DNA from: Paragordius varius
Taxonomy: Eukaryota; Animalia; Nematomorpha
DNA length: 64,000 nucleotides
Direction: 5' to 3'
Assembly: GCA_964247055.1 (NCBI GenBank)
Contig: OZ176058.1
Location: 1,488,001 to 1,552,000, forward strand
In this document: positions 53,685 to 64,000 of the stretch, in pieces
How the letters are laid out: the number at the start of each line of letters is the position of its first letter
How positions within the stretch are numbered: the first letter of the stretch is position 1
Position numbers and translations under genes: made by a program
Notes under the pieces: generated by a model
What the model saw: only the letters and a program-made list of their open reading frames with translations
Databases searched by the model: none
What the model was told of the DNA's origin: nothing

Positions 53685-55340
53685 CTATATCAGGAACGCG
53701 ATAAAGTGTCCAAATATAATCTGCCAACATCGCCGTATCACATTTCCCGTGATATCATCTTCCATAGCTAAAATCTCCTGATGGAAGCGCTCCCCCTGTT
53801 CATCACTAAATGCCCCTAAGTTATCTGGAAAATACTCCAGATGAGCATGAAGGAAGTGAATGAATTTTAAGAGACATGCGCACTCCAAACTCCTGAAAAC
53901 ATTTCATCATTTCGGCCACACCATCCTTGTAACACGGGGATTCGACATTTCCTTAAAAAGTGATGTTCAATATATTATTATTTTTTTTAATGAATTAGAT
54001 ATAACAAAAATTACCTAAGAAATTTCGGCAAACCCATATTACAGATATCCAAGTTCTCAATTTTATATCACCCAAAAGTGACATAAACTTATCATCATCA
54101 AATATTTTCCTTATCTGAGGGCCGACAAAAATACCCTCTTTAATCTTGGAGTCCGATATCTTGAAAAATATCTGACTAAGATATTGAAATCGCGAGTATC
54201 TAACTTCGCCATTGCTTTGACCAGATTTACTAATCCAAGCTTTATATGTAACGGTGGAAGTAATATATTTTTTGTATCTAACAGAGGAATTCGGCCTATG
54301 CTAAAATTACCTGGAGCATAATCATTACGCATAGGAAAGATTTTTTGGTTATAATTTGTTGTATCCCTGCTATCCCAGCAACAGAGAAAACAACAAAATT
54401 TAACAAAACCAAAATTAAGACCTGCAAGAATTGCGGTTACTTTTAAATCCGCACAAATTTGCCACTGAAACTTCGGATATTGTAACAACGTCAAAAATAT
54501 CGATAAATTTTCGTAGTTTTCCTTTTTGCAACGAGCATATGCAACAGGAATACTCGGTAAGTTGTTGTTATTATCCAAAAGGACGGCTTTAAAACTTGTT
54601 TTGGATGAATCCAAAAACAAACGCCATTCTTTGGGTTCCATTGGATATTGCAGGAAATTGAACATTCCCTCAATGTCCTAACAAAAAGTCATACCATCTT
54701 CTTCATTAAAATTATTCGTAAGATGGTCACTGGGCCCTCTATAGGTTGTACGCACACCAAAATCCAATGCATCATATTCCGCAAGTCGAAAACCTTTAAA
54801 TATTAAATACTATACCAAGGACATCGGCGTTTCGTTTGGATAAATTTAAATCTTTAACCAAATTATCCAATGCATTTTGATTCATTTTTCGTTTTACTAT
54901 AGTTAGACGGGAAGTGGTGGATAAGGTTTCAACGTCGTCAGAAATTATATCAGTGTTTTCTTCCTGCCCGCTAAAAATGGGAGGTGTAGTGGACGAAGTA
55001 TTGACGTATAAAATTTGTTTTTTAGCAGATTTGTTGAATGTGGAAATGTTAGAACAGCAAAAATATCAATCCGTTATATGGTCTTTCGGTTCATGCCGGG
55101 CCATAGGTTCTTCAATTTTCAAAATTTTTTTATCAGGCCATACCAATAAACCATTGTAGCATGTTTGACATAATGAATGCGGGCTCCATGGCTTGTCTTG
55201 GTCCATTAAAGGTAGATTGAATTTCGCCTCGTAGGCAGCTTTTGCCCTTTCACTTTTTTTTCGTCTTAGTGAGTTTCTGAATATGTATTGTCCACAGACG
55301 TGGCAAAACGAATTAGGGTCCCTCAAACATTTGCGCCGCT
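53685..55340 (-). pseudogene. Disrupted Chapaev3-like transposase
   Basis: N-terminal DPNSFCHVCG..DQDKPWSPH..CQTC zinc finger, core WRLFLDSS..ADLKV..CCFLCCWDSR..LPPLHIKLGL, and C-terminal HFLHAHL..SDEQGERFHQ, in separate frames. Confidence 0.85.
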
Positions 55341-56264
55341 AAAAATAAATGCCTATAATAACTTCACCTGTAACAACGCGACAGAACGCTTTTATACACA
55401 TCAAAAAATCATAATAAGCGTACTTTAAACGTCTTATTTACTGTTTCAAGTTATGTTATAAAAATGAAGTTATTTGAACGTGCCACAATTAAAAAAGGGT
55501 AAATTTAAATTAAAAAAATTGATTATATTGAATTTATTTAACTATAAAATGTTCTAATATAATATAAATAATGACCTCATTGGGATTCATGGATATAAAA
55601 TTTATGAAAGTTATTTCCGGAAAAAAACAAATGAATACCTTTTTTGCTTTTCTGTTAGTACAACATTTCAGTTTATATTTATTTGCATGTTTATATTTTT
55701 TATTTGTTGAAAAATTCGTATATTAAAAAACAAAATATCATGATTCATATAATCACGTACAATACATAATAAATAAATTTGCATGTTTAAAAGTAATTCT
55801 ATTTATAAATAATATATATCAAATTAATATTATATATTTATTATTTTTTATAAATATACTAATTTATTCCTAAAATTAATATTTAATATAAACATTAAAT
55901 TTTTCCATTTTGTTATGTATAAAAAATGGTATGGTGCTTGCACGTCTCTTAATTTTTCATTGTTTTGAAACGCTATTTTTTTAGAGCTAAGTTTCGTTTT
56001 TTCTAAATAAATCAAAAAGTAGTAGAGATTAAAAATTTTAAAATATAATTTGTAATATCCTCCGAAAAATAAATAATAAGCTATAAAATTCAAAAAATTA
56101 TAGGGCTACAAAAACAGGCATTTTTGATGGTTTTTGAATTTTTAAAACCTTTTAGCGGCTCGCGAAAAAGAGCTAAGAAAATATTAAATATATCATTATT
56201 TTCAGAAAATTCTCTATAAGATGTCGTAATTTTCACTCTGGTCTAAAAATCGTGTTGCACAGTG

Positions 56265-57560
56265 TTATTATATTGTTAAAATTTTCAGATATCGAATAAA
56301 TATGACTCCTTAAAAACAATGATTATTGTGTTATTTTGTATAATTTAGATGAAAGTACAAATATGAAATAATTTTATTTTTATTTTTTGACAGTTCAATA
56401 TCTTTTCACTTTTTTGTCCTTTATACCTTTCGGGGAAATTACACCAATTACTTTTAAAATTAAATTTATAATAAGTCTTTGTTAAGCCAAATTAATGAAT
56501 CCTTACCCTTTTAGATACACGATACAAAAAAATAAAAAAATCAAATTTTAACATATCCTCATCTCATACTTTTGTGTAGCCACTATTTTTCTTTAAATTT
56601 TTGAAATCGCTTATGCAACAGGTTAATAATATTTACATTGAAAAATATAAATAATTGACTTTAAAACGCTTTTCTTCGAAAATTCGAATTATTTATTGTC
56701 TTCATTTGTTTTTCTAATAGACTAATCACTACGTATATTAAAATTGAAAAATGAAAGATACAGTAATTATGAAATTATACAGACAGAAGAAAACATAAAA
56801 ACATTAATATTATTTTTCTTTTACCCATAATTTAGCTTATTTAAACCATTTTTTTGGTAAGTGTAAGTAAAAGTTTATTAATGGCCTCCATATATTTATG
56901 AAAGATAAAATTAAAAAATTGAGCTTTACCATTGTGTAAAGATCATTGTGTAAGGCACCTTTAGCAAAATTATGTTTTTGAATAATTTTCTAGAATTTGC
57001 CTTAACATTCATTCCATAATGCGATCATGGTCGGGGTAATGATTACTAACTTGACTCCATGCAGATTACGTTTTATACAAATCCTTTGTCAACCGAAATA
57101 TAAAAATCTTCTACGTACGGTCAGAATGCGTAAAAATCAAAAATATATAAAAATATTATCCCATAAGATGGAATTCGAATCTATTTTATATAACATTTTA
57201 ATTTTATCAAATAACATAGTTAGCAAAGTGCAAAATTTAAAATATATTTTTTTTGAAAGCTTGTCAGCCCATTAAAATTCAGTAATGATTATTTTAATTT
57301 ATGGAAATGCATAAAGCTTAATCGCTTTCTAACTAGGTTCTGAATAAATATATATACTAACGGTTTATTAGCACCAAATTAATTGAACGAATGCAAAAAC
57401 ACGCCTGAAATGGGAATTTTCAAATATTTAACATATCTTTTCCTTTTTCCACTTTATATACTCATTTTAATGCTTATTAACTTATATAAACACTGATAAG
57501 CCAATATTTTTAAAGAGAATCTAATAAAAGTAAATAAACGTAATTTTTTATTAATTATTT
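56265..57560. pseudogene. Remainder of RT core (minus) plus family k relic (plus)
   Basis: Direct homologue of 38300-39780, e.g. ATATCCTCATCTCA and TTCCATAATGCGATCAT. Confidence 0.5.
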
Positions 57561-59240
57561 ACTAATAGGCTACACTGCTCAACAAGCCACCCCATTTTTT
57601 TGAATTTTCTGTTACTTAATGGCACGGAAAGGCCAAAACTAAAAATTGAGGCCGCCAATAGGATTTTTTTAAATTTTATTTTTTAATTTTGTATTTAATT
57701 AAAAAAACAATTATTCATTTCCATAGCCAGTATTTTTATAAGTATTCTAGAGCGAAAATGCAAAATAATCCAAATATACCAGCCTCAGTATACGATACCA
57801 CAAAGATTTTTTTATTAACGAAGACTCTGCAAAATATGTTATTGATATAAATATAATAAAACTTTAACTAAATATGCCGTCGATTATTATATTAAAAAAT
57901 ATATTTATATATTTTGGTTTATTAAAATTTTTTATTGATAATAAAGCATAATAAATTGGAACCGTATGTTGCAGTAGTTTTTTGAAAATATCAAATAAAA
58001 TATTGTCTGGGGTATTCAGATATCCCAATTTGAATCAAAAGAAAAAAATGGCGGCGAAAAGTGAGGCGAGGTTTTTTTTTACAATATTTTTTAAAAATGT
58101 TTCGTATAATGCGCCTAAGAGACTAAAAGAAGCATATTGTTAAATTTTAGTTAATGTTTTAAATATTTTTAAAGATGATCAAATTTAAAGGTTTTTTGGG
58201 AAATAAAACTATTCCAAAAGGTAATGAAATGTTAACGGTAAAACACAGTATAAACATTTATGGTAACTTATTCTCATTTTTGGCCACGTATCATGTGTTA
58301 TAAAACAAATTCGCCATTATTAAATAAAAAATTAATGTTGTAATACAAGAGTAATTAATTAATTTCATCATCTTTTTTTGTTTTACTCATATACTCCCGT
58401 ATATTGGCCACAAGGAACATGTATATAATAATTGGCAAAGGATATAACTTGAACGTATGTTGACATGTATGATTTTGTTTTTATAGGTGGTTACATTAAA
58501 TTAAAATACTAAGAAAAATACAGTAATTATGTAACTAAAAAACAAAAATCCTCATACATGGAACTACAAATGTAAGTTAATTCCCTTTTAACCATTTAAA
58601 TAATAAAAAGGATGGCCTTATAATAACTCTAGCTACTATAAATTAAATATTATTCAAAAAATAAATATCTTCAAATGCAACACAATAGCAAACACACTTG
58701 ATTTGGGTAATGAAAATGCTAATCTATATAATTAATATGGAAATTTGACATATTTTAACTCGCAAAGTTGACCCAGGACTAACCAACTATTTAAATTTTT
58801 AACATAATTTTTCAATCAGTTTAATTATTTTTTTATATTCGGTTAGGGTACAGTTCCGATGTCGCACATAGAAAGCACAAAAGTAAGCGAAAACACTCTA
58901 AACATCAACCAACTAATTTCTACAATTTGAGCTCTAATGTTAATCCCAATTCAAGCAAACCAGAAAATAATGAAAATATTTCCGTGTGGAATCGATTTTT
59001 GTTTTTCGTCCCTACTGGCATAAATATTACTGAGAGTAGAACAATAGATGCAAAAAATCAATTTATGACTGTAGGCAGTATCATAAATAATTTGATTGAC
59101 AAAACGTGGCAAATAATGTCAAACTAACTTAAAATAAAAAAGTGGTTTAATATTTTATTAATTTTAAAGGTATGATTTATTTTATTATAAAATAAATGGT
59201 TATGGCAGTTTAATCACAACCAATAGTACAAAAATCAAAA

Positions 59241-59242
<2 letters not shown>

Positions 59243-59275
<33 letters not shown>
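59243..59275. repeat. (TA)n microsatellite
   Basis: Direct reading. Confidence 0.9.
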
Positions 59276-59277
<2 letters not shown>

Positions 59278-59289
59278 GAAACATTAGCA

Positions 59290-59810
59290 ATTTATAATAA
59301 CAGTTGATAAATCCGTAAGATAATGATTAACGAAAATTAAATGGAAAGTTAATTGAAAATTATATTTATTAACTTAGTTTATAAATGATATGTGAAACCC
59401 TTTGTCAATAGTAGTCGCAGACTAGTATCGTGCTTGTTAGCACTCACAACTATTTGACTTGGGGTTTTCACACATCAATTTCCTTATATCCATCTTTGTC
59501 ATTTTGATATAAAAATGCAGTCGTTTATACGATTTTTAATTAAATTTAATTGACATTTATGAAAATTAAACTGAAAATAGAAAATAACTAACACTTCACT
59601 AGGTTTAACTCTTGTTTTATAGAATAGTATTTAGGGATTTCATAGAAATCATTTTAATAACTACGAAGCACTGTATGTTAAGAAACATAAGCTAAAGATG
59701 ATATTGTACTATTGATGAAGGGTTTCACATATCATTTATAATTTCAGTTAATATGCAATTCAAATAATTTTCTATTTAATTTATTTTGCGGATTTAACAA
59801 CTGTTGTTAG
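59290..59810. mobile_element. Foldback/MITE-like element
   Basis: TATAAATGATATGTGAAACCCTTTGTCAATAGTA (from 59380) is inverted at 59707-59740 with 2 mismatches. Looser IR extends outward. Confidence 0.65.
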
Positions 59811-62800
59811 AAAAATAATCAATCCGTCATTTACCTTTAACAGTTTATCCCTTTGATGAATTTATATTTTGAGTCTTTTTTATGTTAGATCGCCTAAGCT
59901 CAGATGTTAATGGACATAATATTATAAAGTTGTCTAACCATTTGTATGGTAAAAAATGTTAGACGATAAAAAAAATTTCTTTCTATAAAGTTGTTCTTTC
60001 AATGTTGTCACAAATTGTATTCTGTTTACTTAATCTGCAAATTAGTACGCAGTTTGGTATATTATTTTAATAATAATAGATTTAAAAACGTATGATAATA
60101 AAAATGCGATATATAACGACGACCAAAGCTATTAAAACATAACATAAAGTGTTTAAGAGATAAAGAGGAATATTATTTTAATGAGAGACACAAAAAAATT
60201 AAAATTATACGGACAAAACTTTAAAATATAAGGATAAATTTTTTTTTCAAAACACAACCAACCATACTTTAAACCTTAATTTTTCTAAAATAATATATTA
60301 ATTTACCATTGTAAAATATATAAATGATTGTTACCAAAATTCATCTTATTTCATACTTTTCATAGAAATATGGTTTTCTGTTAAAAAAAAATTTTTATGT
60401 AATTAAATTTGTCCGTATAATTACAATTTTTACTGTAAGTTAAAACTTTACCAGTGAGAACATTATGATAAAATGAAATTTAAATATAAAATTAAAATAT
60501 TATGTGCTTTTTTTAATTTCTATATCATTTTTGTATTAAATTTAAACTTCAATTTAACTTCATGATCTCTTGGGGAAATTTTTCGGGACCATTTAAAAAT
60601 TAGCGGCGCCTGATACAAAATTTTTTTAATAAAATACTGTAAAGTTATAAATCATCATCTCAAACTCCGCCTACTTCCTGAAAAGAAAACTCAAATAACT
60701 GCATATTATGGTTAAAATTATGAATAATTTATTTTAATAAGTTAATTGCAATTTGGCAGCATTCATCATTTATTTTAACATAAGTTGTTTTTTTCAATCG
60801 TTTGAGATATTTGATCGGAAGGAATTAAAATATGTATTAATTCTATGTTGAAATAAAAGAGAGGATGGATTTTACTTACCAACACTAGTTTGTTTATTAC
60901 TTTGGGTTCCAAGACTACCATGTCGAGGACAAAGATATAAAAATGTAATGAAGTATCAACCTCAATATCAACTCACCAATCTCGTAACAGCTATTTGTTT
61001 GAATTAAATCTTACTACTTATTCTGTATTATGTCTACATTTTTAGTCCAGCGAATCAGATTTTAATCTTTCTCAACACGATACAACTTATTCATTTCATT
61101 TTCTGATACACATTGAGGTCTTTGACCTCATGCCTGTTTAAAATTATTATCTAAAAAATATGTAACAAATCAACACCATTGCAAAAGTTTGCATTTATAT
61201 AACATTTTGTACCGAATAAAAATTTTTAAAACTTGATATTACCTATTTTATGGATAAACCAAGTAAAAATTTATTCATGTGGCATGAGTTATTATTATAA
61301 ATGATGCAATTTAAACCACTTTTTCTGTTAATACATGTTAGATGATATTTATATAAAAATTTAGCCTTAATATTAGCGTTAGAAACAGGGAAGTAGTATA
61401 ATATGGTTTTATAACCAAATTTTTTTGAATATATTGGCATATATATATAATTATTAGGATAAAAGCATAAATTAAAATAAGGACCGTTTTTTTCAGGAGT
61501 TTTTTTTAAAATAACTTAAACATAGTCGGGAATCACTAGATACCCTACGAATCTAAGTGAATCAAATCAATACACCAATAACAATTGTGAATCATGTTAC
61601 AAAACTGGCACATCCATTTTTTTCACGCCTATAATTTTTTGTAAACCTTTTGAAATTTGAGTATACATCTAAATACTATAAAATAATTTATCACTCAAAT
61701 ATATATAATTTTTATTGATATGGAATTAAAATTTTAGAACATGGAAGCTAGCTAAAGCCAGATAATAAAGGCATTGGGTGGAGTGAATATAAGGAAACAT
61801 TCTTGCCTAGCATTTTTAAGAGATTCCTTAATTTGGAGTAAATAAAAAGCTAAGGAAACCCTAAAATATCAACATTAGATTTTTGAGGAAAAACTTGTTT
61901 TCAAGTGAATAAAAAAATTTATTAAAGGAAACCCTACAAATTTTTTAGGATGCTAAATACCATCCTTAAATATTTATAAATTTATTACAATCGATACTAG
62001 AGAATCAAACAAGGCAATTAGAGCTAATACGGTTTTGATATTAGAAAAAATTCAAACATTAGGGTAATTTTTATTATTATTTTAAATTTATCTAGTATAT
62101 TTGGACTACAGTGTAAAAATTTACAAATTATTTTAATGTTTGCTCTACGATCTTTGAGAAATATTTGTTTGCAAATGCTTTAATTTGTTCAGAGAAAAAT
62201 GTGGATATAACAAATATGGTATTCAGCTATTTAATTTAGGTTAACTCGATTAATTTATTATTTAAATATCCCCAGCAATCATACCATAATACAAGAATTC
62301 ATCTTAATATCTTATCTGCCATCTTAATAATGTTGCGTGGTATTTTTTATAAATAATTTCGAAACTTATTTTCATATAGTACACTCTATTATCAAGCATC
62401 CAAGTGTATTTAAATTCATTTATTTTAAATTACCAATCATTTTAAATTATATTAATTATATTATTACATTTTATTAAGTTTAATACCATTGCTGTAATAA
62501 TTATAATCATAAAATGTAATAATATTAGGTAAAAATCCACCAAAAATATATTTTAAAAATTACGCATAAAACGTAAAAACCAAACTACAAAATTTTTAAC
62601 ATCTATATTTAAAAACCTTTATATATATAGCTCATCAATTTTAGTTTCAAAACAGGGAATAGAGATGACATTGGTAATCATTCAATTAATATATCTAATT
62701 AAAAATAGCAATTATAAGTGTTGAAAAGTATGGATGTGTTTCTTAAAAAAATATTTGGCTATCAAAGTAAAAAATGGAATTATGCAATTGAAAATATAGA

Positions 62801-63280
62801 GACAAATATATTCTTCTAAAAGAAAACCAAACATTACAAATCTTGATTTATTTCTATATAACTCATTTTTTATAATGGTAAAGTGTGTAGAGATATATAT
62901 TAATATCACAATCAATTCTATATTTTACAATCGTATTTAAATAGCTTATAGAATAATTTAAATTTAATGTATGTTTATTTTTTGAATAAAATAATTGTAA
63001 TTATAATTTTACATTCAGTATAACTTCAATTTATACTGTATTTTATACTTTTTATTCAAAGTTTTACTGTAAAAGTTATTCTTAAATATATCATTCGTAG
63101 ATTTTTGCACCAAATATATCTTTCATCTAATCAGGGGTCAAATGGTTTCGCAGGCCGCATTTGAAAAATGTATTGGCATTAACAAAAGTGTAAAAATAAC
63201 TATTTATTGTAACTTTTAAGCTAGTTTATAACCGAAATTCGGAAGATTAATCTGAGGCTATGTCGAAAATAAAATTGAAT

Positions 63281-64000
63281 TGTTGTTGTTGTTGTTGAGC
63301 TTGTAGTCGGTTATCGACCATTAGCAATTTTGTAGGAAAACGTTCTCCATTCGGTTCTGTCGTGAGCTTTTTGAGATAAATTTTGCAATGACAATTTGGA
63401 AAGGGATAAGATTTCGTCTACCCAGCGAATACGTCTGCGTCCTCTTCCTCTCTTACCATTAACTTTTCCCAACATAATATCCTTTTCCAAAGAATTGCCC
63501 CGAATAATGTGTCCAAAGTAGCCGAATTTTTGTTTTATTATTTTACCCCGAAGCGTTGTTTGTGGGTTAATTTTATTTACAATGTCGATATTCTTTATTT
63601 TGTCCTTCCATGTTATACCAAGTATCTTTTACCAGCAAAACATTTCAAACGCGTTTATTCTTTTTTCGTCTTCATTTTTGATAGTCCAGCTTTCACACCC
63701 GTATAACATGATAGGAAAGATTAATGCATTTACTAGTCGAATTTTTGTTTTAAGAGTTATGTCATGAGATTTCCATAACTTGTAGTGTGAGGATAGAGCG
63801 CATTTGGCGATAGCTATGCGTCTTCTTATTTCTTGGGAACTGGAGCTTAAGTTGTTGATAATGCTTCCAAGGTATGTGTATTCGTTGACTACGTGAATTG
63901 TTTCGCCATTAATCCGAAGCAAGTCATAGGAATGAGGGGAGTTGATATGTAAAATTTTAGTTTTGTTGAGGTTTAATGTAAGATTGTATTTTTTGCACAC
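63281..64000 (-). mobile_element. 3' end of an RTE-clade LINE (RT C-terminus/thumb) with (CAA)n tail, running off the window
   Basis: LTLNLNKTK..YTYLGS..EIRRRIAIAK..YGCESWT..INAFEMFCW, a downstream RGRRRIRW motif, and a tandem (TGT)n tail at 63281-63297. Confidence 0.92.

Larger units (their letters stand above)
48994..56264 (-). mobile_element. Chapaev3-like (CMC group) DNA transposon with long TIRs and nested insertions
   Basis: Termini CACTGTGCAAC / GTTGCACAGTG with flanks TCA/TTA (one mismatch from a 3-bp TWA TSD). TIR homology 48994-49183 plus 50285-50450 vs 55930-56264. Host relic is continuous across the element. Superfamily call is from remembered motifs. Confidence 0.75.

Noticed and set aside
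1-57560. Fungal RIP as the cause of AT-rich decayed repeats
   Set aside because: CpA- and CpG-containing codons survive in the repeats, indels are frequent, the Gypsy LTRs and Penelope arms are almost unmutated, and the TE set is animal-like.
61114-61130. Perfect 7-bp hairpin TGAGGTC-TTT-GACCTCA as a terminator or Helitron end
   Set aside because: Isolated, with no CTRR end or U-tract. A stem this short is expected by chance in 64 kb.

Overview
Very AT-rich (roughly 80% A+T by eye) eukaryotic window with an animal-type transposon complement and no host gene I can support. Bases 1 to about 57,600 look non-coding in the ORF track but are a decayed array of non-LTR (LINE-like) retrotransposon relics. 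Eight intact YADD reverse-transcriptase (RT) motifs are readable (1099, 8551-, 17737, 24626, 29790-, 33091, 34940-, 36638-), plus about six degraded ones. Remnants of RT domains 1, 3, 4 and 7, a thumb-like segment and C-terminal CCHC-type zinc knuckles are also readable. These relics lie head-to-tail and in inverted orientation and were re-amplified as multi-kb direct and inverted segmental duplications. Younger elements are nested in them: a NeSL/Utopia-like endonuclease fragment, a Helitron-like hairpin-CTAG element (2 copies), several MITEs/foldbacks, a full-length but frameshifted Ty3/Gypsy element (42839-47327), and a Chapaev3-like DNA transposon (48994-56264). The latter carries a foldback and a palindromic Penelope-like element with putative hammerhead ribozymes. 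The window ends in the 3' part of an RTE-clade LINE. Relic boundaries are approximate, similarities were judged by eye, and clade names rest on remembered motifs, not database searches.
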